Numbered from the stretch's first letter, positions 28,541 through 38,227 are shown. The stretch is 64,000 nucleotides of DNA from a virus (IMGVR_UViG_3300017565_000017:64779-128778), one strand, 5' to 3'. The notes: a model not told the origin generated them from the sequence alone. Numbers and translations: made by a program.

Positions 28541-30206
28541 CCAAGTTGCTGCTCAAGACCAGCATACCTGCGGTGAAGTAGGGGACTTTGCAGCCCTACA
28601 AACCGCGCTCAATGCACACTACGAAGCGACCCGTACTGGCGCTAAGGATCCGGTGATGACCACTGATGTGGATCCGGATGCGCTGTTCGCCACGTATCTG
28701 GCGGGTTTCCCCGATGACCTCCAGCGCCAGCACCACACTTGCACGGCTTGCCGCCGTTTCATCAAGAACTACGGCAATCTTGTGATGGTGAGCACGAACT
28801 CCACTCGTGGTGTCATTACCCCGCTGATGTGGCCGCAAACCCAGACCCATCTGGAAGCGATCTACCGCAAGCCCATTAAGAACCTGTACACCATGGTCAA
28901 GAAGGCCAAGGTGAACGGCGTGTTCCTGTCCTCGGACAAGGAATGGGGCATCAAGGGTAATCGTGACTTCGTCACCGGCCAATGGTGGAATCACTTCGGC
29001 GTTTCCAACCGCGACGTGTGGAACAATCGCCTGCTGACCGCCAATCAGGCGATGGCCGCAAAGACGCAGGGCTACCAGACTGTACTCAACGCCCTGGCGA
29101 AGTACAAGCCCGAGCATCTGGCGCTTGCTCTGCAACTGCTGGAAGGTGACTCCCTCTACCGCCAGGAAAAGGTCATCGGTCCCGCCCGCTGGCTCAAGGC
29201 GCTCCAAGACAATCGTGCGACGCTGCGTGAACCGCAGAAGTCCGCGTACACCTGGGCCATGATCGGTGCCGCGCCGGAAGCGTTCCTGCATCCGACTTCC
29301 AGCATGATCAGCACGCTGCTCGACGACATTGCGGCTGGCATGGATTTCGAGCAGGTGAAGCGGCGCTTCGCTGAGAAGATGAGTCCGCTGAGCTACCAGC
29401 GTCCGCAAGCTGCCCCGGCTGCGGGCAACGTCAAGCGTGCTGAAGAGATCGTTCGCAAGCTGGGCGTCGAGCGCTCGTTCGAACGTCGCTTCGCTACCTT
29501 CGACGACATGTCCACGGTGTGGTTGCCGACTCTGGTAACGGAAAATCCGTACGCCGACAAGAAGCCTGCCGCCATGGGCGGTATCTTCGGCCATGTGCCT
29601 ACCAAGACCTATGCTGCGGCTCCGGCTCAGAAGCGCCAACGCATGAACGTCGGTGTTCAAACCATGACGTGGCAGAAGTTCCAGTCGACCATCATGCCGT
29701 CGGCTGAACAGATCGAAGTATTCCTGGAATCCTCGGGCAACAACATTGCGGGCTTCCAGACGGCTCGCCACGCCGACGCCCCTCCGATCCTGTGCTGGGA
29801 TTATGAGGACGCGCGCAATCCGGTGTCGTGGTACATCTATCAAGGTGGCTCGCGCCCGGAAGACTGGCACATTCGCTCGGGCTGGGTCAACTGCATCGGC
29901 ATCACGCTGCGCCCTCACCTGTGGAACGCAGAGCGTCCGGTTCCCAACCAAGGTGTCGGCGGTGCCTTCCTCCTGGAAGGTGCTTATGACCGTTCCAACC
30001 CGGGCATGTGCCTGTTCCCGGAAACGCTGATTCCGGAACTGCGTGAAGTGCGCGCCACGATCGAGAGCTTCTCGCGCAATACCCGTGTGCCTGCCGCGAA
30101 CAAGTCCAATATCGCGGGTAAGGTCTTTGGTGGCTCGTCCACCCTCCGCATCCGCGTTACCACGGCTACGACTGTGGGCGAGATCATCATCGACCGCTGG
30201 GAATAA
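28524..30206 (+). CDS. Large hypothetical protein (560 aa), Cys motif HHTCTACRRF
   Basis: SD AGAGGTGAAGA before the ATG. Strongly GC3-rich. Confidence 0.6.
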   Translation: MTVVNNQVAAQDQHTCGEVGDFAALQTALNAHYEATRTGAKDPVMTTDVDPDALFATYLAGFPDDLQRQHHTCTACRRFIKNYGNLVMVSTNSTRGVITPLMWPQTQTHLEAIYRKPIKNLYTMVKKAKVNGVFLSSDKEWGIKGNRDFVTGQWWNHFGVSNRDVWNNRLLTANQAMAAKTQGYQTVLNALAKYKPEHLALALQLLEGDSLYRQEKVIGPARWLKALQDNRATLREPQKSAYTWAMIGAAPEAFLHPTSSMISTLLDDIAAGMDFEQVKRRFAEKMSPLSYQRPQAAPAAGNVKRAEEIVRKLGVERSFERRFATFDDMSTVWLPTLVTENPYADKKPAAMGGIFGHVPTKTYAAAPAQKRQRMNVGVQTMTWQKFQSTIMPSAEQIEVFLESSGNNIAGFQTARHADAPPILCWDYEDARNPVSWYIYQGGSRPEDWHIRSGWVNCIGITLRPHLWNAERPVPNQGVGGAFLLEGAYDRSNPGMCLFPETLIPELREVRATIESFSRNTRVPAANKSNIAGKVFGGSSTLRIRVTTATTVGEIIIDRWE

Positions 30207-30222
30207 CCGACCAGCATAATAA

Positions 30223-30257
30223 GGGATCCTAGGGAACTAGGGTCCCTTTTTCATTTT
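30223..30257 (+). terminator. Rho-independent terminator
   Basis: GGGATCCTAG-GGAA-CTAGGGTCCC followed by TTTTTCATTTTG. Confidence 0.7.
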
Positions 30258-30266
30258 GAGGCATTC

Positions 30267-30791
30267 ATGATTGAGGCAATGACAGATTTCAGCCTAACGG
30301 TGTTCAAGTATGCTGCGCTTATCGGACTGCCCTGGGCAATCTATTTGGTATTCGCGCTCTGCATCTTGCTCAACTGCAACAAGTTCCGTTGGACCCTGAA
30401 ACCAACATCCCGTTACCCAAAGCCCGCTCAATGGCAGCGCTTCTGGATTCCCCTGTTTGTTCTGTGGTTGGTTCTGGGAATTCCGCCGATGATCACGCTT
30501 ACCAAGTATGCTTATGAGCGTGATTTCTCCGAGCAAGGGCGGGCTAAGACTGAGACGGTAGGTTACGAAACTCGCCGCTTTGTGCTGGTGGAAATCAACC
30601 CTCCGAAGCACATGAAGGTTTTTCTCAGGGAAGTTGGTTCCACGTGGGCCGGGTGGGTTACGGTCGGTAAGCATTGCAATAACTGGCGTGACAACCCGAT
30701 CGGTGCTGAGTACAACTTGACCCTGGCGAATAAGAGGAAAGGAGACAAGACCTGGAATGAGTTCGTAAACGTCAAAGAGGCGTTTTGCTAG
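30267..30791 (+). CDS. Membrane-anchored hypothetical protein
   Basis: 174 aa, two N-terminal TM helices. Confidence 0.5.
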   Translation: MIEAMTDFSLTVFKYAALIGLPWAIYLVFALCILLNCNKFRWTLKPTSRYPKPAQWQRFWIPLFVLWLVLGIPPMITLTKYAYERDFSEQGRAKTETVGYETRRFVLVEINPPKHMKVFLREVGSTWAGWVTVGKHCNNWRDNPIGAEYNLTLANKRKGDKTWNEFVNVKEAFC

Positions 30792-30800
30792 GTTTTTAGC

Positions 30801-30860
30801 TTGCGCACCGTTGTTATACACGCTATAATAAGTTTTGCCCTAACCCCAGGCCATTACCCC
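30801..30860 (+). promoter_or_regulatory. sigma70-like promoter (TTGCGC-17-TATAAT) plus leader box variant
   Basis: -35 at 30801-06, -10 at 30824-29, gccctaaccccaggccattacccc, ATG at 30861. Confidence 0.55.
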
Positions 30861-31139
30861 ATGCCCGACCGCAAGTTCACACTTCACAATGGTGGGAAGC
30901 CCGCTTCAACCCCTAAGAAGCGTGACTCACACGGACGCCAATGGTTCTGGGCGCTAGTTAGCGCGGTAGCAGGCTTGTCGGCTCTAGGGGCTGCTATCCA
31001 CTTTACCCGACATGCTCAGGTTGAGGCTATAGCCCAACAGAAGCGCCAAACGACTTGCCTTATCTGGGAAGACCAGGGCAAGACTCAAGTTCAATGTGGC
31101 GGTAAACTCTTTGTGGAGAAACCCCGTGACCGAAAGTGA
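30861..31139 (+). CDS. Small membrane protein
   Basis: In-frame ATG after the box. One TM helix (WFWALVSAVAGLSALGAAIHF). Confidence 0.5.
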   Translation: MPDRKFTLHNGGKPASTPKKRDSHGRQWFWALVSAVAGLSALGAAIHFTRHAQVEAIAQQKRQTTCLIWEDQGKTQVQCGGKLFVEKPRDRK

Positions 31140-31316
31140 CGCCCATTTTATTCTTGCTGCCAACTTCTACGAAGACGGCGGCATTTATCAACCCCGCCAC
31201 GGCGGATACCAGATGAGCGAGCGAGAACGCGAGGCGCTCAATCATCTTATCAACGAGTGGGGCTACGAGTATAACCCCACCCCGCTCGCCAATTCGTAAA
31301 CTCAGGAGCCTACCTA

Positions 31317-32729
31317 GTGAACTTTTCCGACAACCTTCCGATGCTGATCGGCTTGGGTATCGCAGCTTTCTTCGCACTGATTTTCGTGTGGTGGCTGCTG
31401 ACCCTGCGCACGGTCGTTCCGACCAACATGGTCCACATCGTCCAGTCTGCTGGCAAGACCACCGAATACGGTGCCAAGCGTGACTCCGGTAACGTCTACT
31501 ACAAGTGGCCGCAGTGGTTGCCGTACCTCGGTATCACGGTTACCGAATTCCCCGAGTCGATTTTCGATGTGCGCCTCGGTGCATACGAAGCCTATGACGT
31601 GGGCCGTCTGCCGTTCGTGGTCGACATCACTGCCTTCTTCCGTGTGGAAGACAGCAGCAAAGCCGCCCAGCGCGTATCCAACTTCAAGGAGCTCCACGAG
31701 CAACTGGCCTCTGTGCTGCAAGGTGCGGTCCGCCGTATCCTGGGTACGGAGCACCTGGAAAAGATCATGGAAGATCGTTCCGGCCTCGGTGACAGCTTCA
31801 CCAAGGAAGTGAACGAGCAGCTCCAGGAATGGGGCGTGACCACGGTCAAGGCCATCGAATTCATGGACATCCGGGATAGCGCCAACTCCCAGGTCATCAA
31901 GAACATCATGGCCAAGGAACAGTCCCGCATCGACCGCGAATCCCGTGAAAAGGTCGCGGCCAACACGCAACAAGCGGTGATGGCCGAAATCAACGCTCAG
32001 CGTGAAGTTGACCTCCAGCAGGAAAGCGCTCGCCAAGCGGTGGGTCAGCGCAAGGCCGAAGTGGACAAGAGCGTGGGTATCTCCCGCGAACAGTCCCAGC
32101 AGGCGGTGCAAGAACAGGCCGCGATCACGGCGGAAAAGACTCAGGCCACGGCCCGCGTCAACCAAACCAAGGCGGCTGAAATCGCCAAGGAAGTGCAGAT
32201 CATCAACGCCAACGCCCAGAAGGAAGCTGGCGTGGTGGACGCCGAGGGTAAGGCAGCTATCCAGGTGATCGAAGCCGAAGCACACGCCGACGCTAAAGTG
32301 AAGCAAGCTCGCGGTGATCTCGAATCCACGCAGCTCGCCGCGCAAGGTGTGGAAGCTACGGGTAAGGCCGAAGGTGCTGCGGAACAAGCGCGCCTCATGG
32401 CTCCGGTCGAAACCCAAATCGCTCTGGCGAAGGGTATCGCCGAAAACGAAGGCTACCAGGAATACTTGATCGCCGTTCGCGTCATCGAGAAGGACGAAGC
32501 CATCGGCAAGGCCAACGCCGAAGCTTTGGCAGACGCCGAGCTCAAGGTCATTGTCAACAGTGGCGACGTGGGCTCCGGCATCAAGAGCATCGGCGACGTA
32601 TTCAGCGCCAAGGGCGGCACGAACATCGCCGCCATGGCCTCCGCTTTGGGCCAGACCGAAGAAGGCAAGTCCTTGTTGGACAAGGTGACCGGCATGCTCG
32701 GCAACCTGGGCAACAAGTCGGATAAGTAA
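31317..32729 (+). CDS. Flotillin-like SPFH/band-7 protein
   Basis: GTG start. N-terminal TM, then an SPFH domain (..VVDITAFFRVED..) and a long Ala/Glu/Gln-rich coiled-coil (flotillin/YqiK architecture), 470 aa. Confidence 0.7.
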   Translation: MNFSDNLPMLIGLGIAAFFALIFVWWLLTLRTVVPTNMVHIVQSAGKTTEYGAKRDSGNVYYKWPQWLPYLGITVTEFPESIFDVRLGAYEAYDVGRLPFVVDITAFFRVEDSSKAAQRVSNFKELHEQLASVLQGAVRRILGTEHLEKIMEDRSGLGDSFTKEVNEQLQEWGVTTVKAIEFMDIRDSANSQVIKNIMAKEQSRIDRESREKVAANTQQAVMAEINAQREVDLQQESARQAVGQRKAEVDKSVGISREQSQQAVQEQAAITAEKTQATARVNQTKAAEIAKEVQIINANAQKEAGVVDAEGKAAIQVIEAEAHADAKVKQARGDLESTQLAAQGVEATGKAEGAAEQARLMAPVETQIALAKGIAENEGYQEYLIAVRVIEKDEAIGKANAEALADAELKVIVNSGDVGSGIKSIGDVFSAKGGTNIAAMASALGQTEEGKSLLDKVTGMLGNLGNKSDK

Positions 32730-32791
32730 TCCTTACAAGGGGATCTCCGGGCGGAGTCCCCTTGTGAATGGTTATTTGATGGGAGCTTGGA

Positions 32792-33118
32792 ATGAGTCTT
32801 AAACATAGCTGGGGGCTGTATCGCCGCCATTTGGACGCAACCATGGGCGCGGGGCAGGTGTACCGTGCGCGGGGCGCGGCCCTTGTAGTGGTGGCCTGCA
32901 TGGTGCTTGCAGTCCTTACGGGGTGCTCCCGCGTGGCGACCCCGGCCACTGGCCCCGAATCTGAAGCTGTCGCTAGTGTCCGGGCTATCTATAAGCTGGA
33001 GCGCAATGGAACCACCGTAACCGAGTTCACGCTCACCGATGGTACTCCTTGCATCAAGACAAGCTACCGGGAAGCCGTAACGTGTGGCTGGGGTCTGACG
33101 TGGGGATCGACCCAATGA
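32792..33118 (+). CDS. Small lipoprotein/secreted protein, paralog A
   Basis: Lipobox LAVLTGC. C-terminal ..TPCIKTSYREAVTCGWG resembles the C-terminus of 33636-33920. Confidence 0.5.
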   Translation: MSLKHSWGLYRRHLDATMGAGQVYRARGAALVVVACMVLAVLTGCSRVATPATGPESEAVASVRAIYKLERNGTTVTEFTLTDGTPCIKTSYREAVTCGWGLTWGSTQ

Positions 33119-33642
33119 GCATACCTACCGTCAAGGACGTGGGTGTCGCAAATCCGTGCCCTCTGTGTGGGGTTCGCCCTGTAGTGTTTGAAAACGGCGA
33201 ATACGACGGTGATTTCCTGTATCCTATCCTGACGTTCCGGCTACCGGGTGTTGAATCCTGCCTCGGCCACAGCCAGCGTCTGGTCCACGCCGTGTGTCAC
33301 GAATCTGCGGGCGGCTGCGGCCACATCGCTATCGGCTTTTCCTACCAGGGTGCTGTTGAATCCTGGAATTCATATCACCAAGACCCCAGCCTGCAAGTCC
33401 GCTTTGATTTGCCACTTATGGAAGCTGCAATCAAGAAGTACGGCGAAGTGGTCAAGGAATGGTTTGCGGAGCAAGACCGCATTATCGAGGATCAGGATCT
33501 GGGTAGGCGTTTGCGCCGCATCCGCGATCACAGTGGGTACTGGGAACAGGTTGTAGCCCAGGATTGGTCCTATAATCACGAGACCCTGCGTGCTATCAAA
33601 GAAGTACGCGACAACGCCAAACAGGAAGGTAAGAAATGCTGA
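33115..33642 (+). CDS. Cys-rich hypothetical protein
   Basis: ANPCPLCG...CLGH..HAVCHESAGGCGH. Start ambiguous (33049 or 33115). Confidence 0.45.
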   Translation: MSIPTVKDVGVANPCPLCGVRPVVFENGEYDGDFLYPILTFRLPGVESCLGHSQRLVHAVCHESAGGCGHIAIGFSYQGAVESWNSYHQDPSLQVRFDLPLMEAAIKKYGEVVKEWFAEQDRIIEDQDLGRRLRRIRDHSGYWEQVVAQDWSYNHETLRAIKEVRDNAKQEGKKC

Positions 33643-33920
33643 TCAACAATCGTGGCCGTAAAGTTATCCTGGCCGGAATCATTCTGGTTGCTATCGCCTC
33701 GGCGGCGAGCGCTATGGGCGTCCATCCGGACCGTACTGCTCAGGCGGAATCTACGGTTATCCGGACCCAAGCGCCTAAGACCTATATTCTCCAGCGAGTT
33801 GGCGGAAATCGCGAGGTTGAAATCTACGAACATAGTCTGGCGGATAATACTCAGTGCGTGACTACGGTGTACCCCGGCTACGGTGTCTCCACGACGTGCG
33901 CCTGGAACACAAATAAATGA
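33636..33920 (+). CDS. Small secreted protein, paralog B
   Basis: Signal peptide ILAGIILVAIASAASA. C-terminal ..TQCVTTVYPGYGVSTTCAWN. Confidence 0.5.
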   Translation: MLINNRGRKVILAGIILVAIASAASAMGVHPDRTAQAESTVIRTQAPKTYILQRVGGNREVEIYEHSLADNTQCVTTVYPGYGVSTTCAWNTNK

Positions 33921-34150
33921 AGGCCAAGACGGTGAAGTCTCGCGCTACTCTCGGCTACTGGTTTAGCCGCCTGTTCGGCTGGCTGGCGTTCGATGGCTGC
34001 CGTCACCGCTGGGGTCCGTGGCAAACGAAAGAGCGCATAGAGACTGCCTCAATGTCACCGTTCTCCACCCGTAAGGTGGGCATGTCGCAACATCGGTACT
34101 GCGATTATTGCTCGAAGTTGCAAGTTCGTACCGTAACCTATAGACTCTGA
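33917..34150 (+). CDS. Small Cys/His protein, paralog 1 of a 4-member family
   Basis: WLAFDGCRHRWGPW...QHRYCDYCSKLQVRTVTY shares GFD-x-C-x-H...RRC-x-x-C-x-x-LQVR with three downstream ORFs. Confidence 0.5.
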   Translation: MKAKTVKSRATLGYWFSRLFGWLAFDGCRHRWGPWQTKERIETASMSPFSTRKVGMSQHRYCDYCSKLQVRTVTYRL

Positions 34151-34164
34151 AGGAGTATCTTCTG

Positions 34165-35469
34165 ATGAAGATTTTGATCATCGGCAGCGGTTCTATTGGT
34201 AGCGGCATCATCCCGATGCTGTTCAAAGAATTTTCCGATTTGACTTCCGCCGATATCCATGTGATTTCCGCGGAGCCGGAAACTGAAGTCATGCGCGCGT
34301 ACAGTATCAAGGGTACGCATATTAACCTCACGGAAGCCAACTATTACCACGTATTGGACCGCCATCTGCATCCGGGGGTGTTCGTTCTCAACCTATCGGT
34401 TGACGTGAGTTCCGAGGCGGTTCTGGGTCTGTGCCAGAAGAAAGGCGCACACTATCTAGACACGTGCATCGAGCCGTGGGCTGGGGGCTATATCGGCACT
34501 AATGGCGCTCCGATTCCTAACGCCATGTTCCGTCAAAAGATCCTAGCGGCTTCTAACACTTCCGACGCTCGGGAAACCTCAATTCTGGCCTGCGGTGCGA
34601 ACCCGGGTCTGGTGTCGTGCTTTGTCAAGCAAGCACTTCTCAACATCGTTGAAGACCCCGACATGCACATCCCAGCATCCATCCTGCTCGATGGAATGCC
34701 TGCGGTTGCGCGCCATCTAGGTATCCGCACTATCCAGATCGCAGAACGTGACACCCAGGTGTTGGGTCGTCGCCTGAATCCTGGTGAATTTGCGAACACG
34801 TGGTCTGTCGATGGATTCTGCTCGGAGGGCGAACAGTACGCGGAACTTTCCTACGGCAGTCACGAGGACTACAAAGACCTGCGCATCTTTTCCCCGACGC
34901 CAGGTCGCCCGATGGCGGTCCTCCCGAAGCGCGGCTTCGAGCAGAAGGTGCATTCGTACACGCCGACCGGGGGTGAAGACTGGGCCTACATGATTTCCCA
35001 TCATGAAGCCAGTTCGATTGCTGACATGCTGACGTTGCCGGACTATCGTCCCACGGTGTACTACGCTTACCGCCCGGCAGAAGCGGCTGTCCGGAGCATT
35101 GAAAACCATTTGGCTCGCAATTGGGCCGAGCCTAAGTCCAAAACCATCTTCCAAGGTACTGCTGGTTACGATGAGCTCGGTGTCCTGATCATTGCAGACG
35201 GCTTTACGTACTGGTACGGCAGTACCCTAAATACTGCGCAAGCCCGCGCCCTAGTGCCGTATAATGGCCCTACAACGCTACAGGTAACGGCTACCATTGC
35301 CGCCGCCATAAAGCATATTTTGAAAGCGCCGTTCCAAGGCGTAATCGAGGCGGAACAGTTGCCGTTCCATACGATTATGGAACAGGCCCGTCCGTATCTG
35401 GGCCACGTTGCCGGGTATGAAGTGGACTGGAGGCCGGGTTTCCAACTTGAGCAGTTCCTCATCAAATAA
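34165..35469 (+). CDS. Saccharopine-dehydrogenase-family NAD(P)-binding enzyme, homospermidine synthase-like
   Basis: N-terminal Rossmann motif MKILIIGSGSIGSG. 434 aa. Length and architecture fit HSS/carboxynorspermidine dehydrogenase-type enzymes. SD GAAGGAG. Confidence 0.5.
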   Translation: MKILIIGSGSIGSGIIPMLFKEFSDLTSADIHVISAEPETEVMRAYSIKGTHINLTEANYYHVLDRHLHPGVFVLNLSVDVSSEAVLGLCQKKGAHYLDTCIEPWAGGYIGTNGAPIPNAMFRQKILAASNTSDARETSILACGANPGLVSCFVKQALLNIVEDPDMHIPASILLDGMPAVARHLGIRTIQIAERDTQVLGRRLNPGEFANTWSVDGFCSEGEQYAELSYGSHEDYKDLRIFSPTPGRPMAVLPKRGFEQKVHSYTPTGGEDWAYMISHHEASSIADMLTLPDYRPTVYYAYRPAEAAVRSIENHLARNWAEPKSKTIFQGTAGYDELGVLIIADGFTYWYGSTLNTAQARALVPYNGPTTLQVTATIAAAIKHILKAPFQGVIEAEQLPFHTIMEQARPYLGHVAGYEVDWRPGFQLEQFLIK

Positions 35470-35492
35470 GTTTTTCTGGGAGAAGCCGTAAA

Positions 35493-35936
35493 ATGAAAAA
35501 GTCACGTTCCGTGGCGTTAGTCTTGTTGGGTCTGGGTGCTGCTGTTACCCTCAGTGGCTGCGAAGACTCGAAACAGAATGTCAATGCCAAGCGTAATCAG
35601 TACGCCAATCGCGCTGATTGCGTGGCAGATTGGGGCGATAAGGACTGCCCCCGTGAAGCCCAACGCACGAGCGGCGGTGGCTTCATGTACATGGGTCCTC
35701 ACTACTTCTGGTCCGGCTCCAGCCCTATGGTTGTCGGTTCAGACGGTAACGCCCGCGCAGCTTCCGGAACGTATCTCAACCAAGCGGGGGCCACGGCTGC
35801 CACTACCAGCCGCTCCTCTATCGGCTCCGTGTCGAGCGTAAGCTCAGTGAGCTCAAGCTCCATCAGCCGTGCCGCCCCATCTGTGAGTCGTAGCGGCTTT
35901 GGTTCCACTTCCAGTTCCATGTCTTCAGGAGGCTAA
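35493..35936 (+). CDS. DUF1190 (YgiB/YjfM-like) lipoprotein
   Basis: Lipobox LSGC. NRADCVADWGDKDCPREAQ and C-terminal SRSGFGSTSSSMSSGG mirror E. coli YgiB (EDCVAEFGEGQCQQ ... RGGFGE..SRSMGG). Confidence 0.6.
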   Translation: MKKSRSVALVLLGLGAAVTLSGCEDSKQNVNAKRNQYANRADCVADWGDKDCPREAQRTSGGGFMYMGPHYFWSGSSPMVVGSDGNARAASGTYLNQAGATAATTSRSSIGSVSSVSSVSSSSISRAAPSVSRSGFGSTSSSMSSGG

Positions 35937-35937
35937 T

Positions 35938-36306
35938 ATGAGTTGCGAACGCCCTGGATTTTTCGGTTCTATCCTTGACGCGGCTGCTGACGAAGCAGAG
36001 CGCCAGATACAGCTCCTATTCGCGGATAAGCTTCGCGGTACGGGGTTCGATATCTGCATGCACGTATTCGGCCCGTGGTCCACACCCGTGGTCCGTTCCG
36101 TTCACGAGCATGACGTGTGCGCCTCTATCACACGTATCGTCGGCCAAGAACAAGTCTCGCACCGCACGTGCCGGTACTGCTCCCACGAAGAGCACCGTGT
36201 CCAGGCACTGCAAACTCCGGAATGGGTTGACGTGCCGTGGTACGATCGCAACCGCGTGGCGCTCATGGACGAATTCCGCCAGCCCTTGGATGTGAATGCA
36301 AAATGA
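35938..36306 (+). CDS. Cys/His small protein, paralog 2
   Basis: Strong SD CAGGAGG. GFDICMHVFGPWS...HRTCRYCSHEEHRVQAL. Confidence 0.5.
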   Translation: MSCERPGFFGSILDAAADEAERQIQLLFADKLRGTGFDICMHVFGPWSTPVVRSVHEHDVCASITRIVGQEQVSHRTCRYCSHEEHRVQALQTPEWVDVPWYDRNRVALMDEFRQPLDVNAK

Positions 36307-36554
36307 TACGCTGGCTCCGGCTTCTACTACGCTGGATTGGGTTCGATGTGTGTCCGCACACGTACTCCAGATGGGAGGACGAGTACACCCATAGCTATGA
36401 GGTTACGACGCAGGGTGCAATGTTTGACACTTACGGGGAGAGCTCCTCAAAGCCGCATACGCATCTGCGCCAAACTCGTCGCTGTCACGAGTGCTACAAG
36501 CTGGAGATTCGCCATATTAACCTGAAGAAGTCTAAACAGGTGCTAGACCTATGA
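36304..36554 (+). CDS. Cys/His small protein, paralog 3
   Basis: IGFDVCPHTYSRWEDEY...LRQTRRCHECYKLEIRHINLKK. Confidence 0.55.
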
Positions 36555-36799
36555 TCCGTCTGATAAAGCTTTTCCTGAAGGGTCTAGGGTTCGACGTATG
36601 TGCTCACGAGTATTCGGCCTGGAAGGATGAATATGAGACGGGCCTCCGGACAACCCATTACGGTTTGTTCAAGAATACGTATCGCGAAGAGCGTGAGTAT
36701 GTGCGCCTGACCCATATCCGGCAAACTCGTCGGTGCTACACCTGCTCCAACCTTCAGGTTCGTCACATTGACCTTAAGAATCAAGGGATTAATCTCTAA
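36551..36799 (+). CDS. Cys/His small protein, paralog 4
   Basis: LGFDVCAHEYSAWKDEY...IRQTRRCYTCSNLQVRHIDLKN. About 45% identical to paralog 3. Confidence 0.55.
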   Translation: MIRLIKLFLKGLGFDVCAHEYSAWKDEYETGLRTTHYGLFKNTYREEREYVRLTHIRQTRRCYTCSNLQVRHIDLKNQGINL

Positions 36800-36801
36800 C
36801 C

Positions 36802-38001
36802 ATGAAACGCATCGACGTTACCCCGCGTCCCAACCTCGAAGAACGTTTGACCAAACGCGGTCTTTCGTTCTGGGCCTGGGACAACTACTGGCACGAAGGT
36901 GCCGCGTACAAGTTCACCCCCACGCAAATCGACCGCTTGGAGGAGAGTGTGGCTGAGCTCCAGACCATGTGTTTGGCGGCAGCCGAGCATGTAGCGAAAT
37001 CTGATGACCTACTGAAGAAGCTGCGGATTCCGGAGCCCTTCTGGGAGCCGGTGCGTCGTAGCCTTGGCCGCAAGGATTTCTCGCTGTATGGTCGCTTCGA
37101 CCTCGCCTGGGACGGCACCGGCTGGCCCAAGATGCTGGAATACAACGCCGATACTCCTACGTCGCTGCTCGAATCGGCCGTCTGCCAGTGGGATTGGCTG
37201 GAAGACGTGTTTCCAGGGGCCGACCAATTCAACTCTCTGCACGACAAACTGCTGGATCGCTGGACCGAGTTGCGCAAGGGCGGTGTGAAAAAGGTTCACT
37301 TCGCCTCCACCCGCGATGTTGACCAGGAATATTTGGCAACCCTGGAAGGCGAAGCTCGTGAGAAGTATCTTCACGATGAGAGCATCAACGAGGAAGACTG
37401 GGTGTGCTGCCATTACTTGATGGACACCGCTGTTCAGGCGGGTCTGGAAGTTGAATGGCTGGCCGTGCAAGACCTGGGTTACGACGCTAACAACCACGTG
37501 TTCGTTGACCTTCAGGACAACCCCATCGAAGCGCTGTTCAAGCTATACCCGTGGGAATGGCTTATGCGTGAAGAGTTCGGTTCCAAGATCAGCGGTTGCA
37601 AGACTCGCTTTATCGAGCCAATGTGGAAGTCGATCCTCTCCAATAAGGGTCTGCTGGCCGTGCTGTGGGAATTGTATCCGGGCCACCGCCTACTCTTGCC
37701 CGCGTACTTCGAACCGTACAAGCTCGTGTCCTACGCCAAGAAGCCCCTCCTGAGCCGCGAAGGCGCTAACGTTACGCTGGTGGAAAACGGCAAGGAGCTG
37801 GAACGTGGCGCTGGCCTTTACGGGCAAGAAGGTTATGTGTATCAGGGTCTGTGCCAACTCCCGAACTTCGGAGGCCGCTATCCGGTTATCGGCGCGTGGG
37901 TTGTTGGCAACGAGCCTGCCGGTATCTGCATCCGTGAAGACAACAAGCGTGTCACTACCAACATGAGCAACTTCGTTCCTCACCTGTTTACCCCGGAGTA
38001 A
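36802..38001 (+). CDS. Glutathionylspermidine synthase-like (YgiC/YjfC-type) ATP-grasp-related ligase
   Basis: KSILSNKGLLAVLWELYPGHRLLLPAYFEP matches the GspS/YgiC signature (..LSNK.LL..LW.L.P.H..LLP.YF). 399 aa. Confidence 0.7.
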   Translation: MKRIDVTPRPNLEERLTKRGLSFWAWDNYWHEGAAYKFTPTQIDRLEESVAELQTMCLAAAEHVAKSDDLLKKLRIPEPFWEPVRRSLGRKDFSLYGRFDLAWDGTGWPKMLEYNADTPTSLLESAVCQWDWLEDVFPGADQFNSLHDKLLDRWTELRKGGVKKVHFASTRDVDQEYLATLEGEAREKYLHDESINEEDWVCCHYLMDTAVQAGLEVEWLAVQDLGYDANNHVFVDLQDNPIEALFKLYPWEWLMREEFGSKISGCKTRFIEPMWKSILSNKGLLAVLWELYPGHRLLLPAYFEPYKLVSYAKKPLLSREGANVTLVENGKELERGAGLYGQEGYVYQGLCQLPNFGGRYPVIGAWVVGNEPAGICIREDNKRVTTNMSNFVPHLFTPE

Positions 38002-38005
38002 TCCT

Positions 38006-38227
38006 ATGGACATGCTGCCGTATCTTTCACTGCTTCTGGGCCTAGTTTCCTGGCTGCTGGTTCTCAAGAGCCAGTCGATAAATCGCCAGCTCAAGGAACA
38101 CCCGACACAGGAGCTCCTTGATAAATCCCAGCGTATAGTCTACGCTCTGTACGTGGTAATGATGTTCCTCCTGGTCGCCCTGGGGTTCTTCGTATACCGC
38201 CTTGTATTGATAGTGACTGGGGCGTAA
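38006..38227 (+). CDS. Small membrane protein
   Basis: 73 aa, 2 TM. Confidence 0.4.
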   Translation: MDMLPYLSLLLGLVSWLLVLKSQSINRQLKEHPTQELLDKSQRIVYALYVVMMFLLVALGFFVYRLVLIVTGA

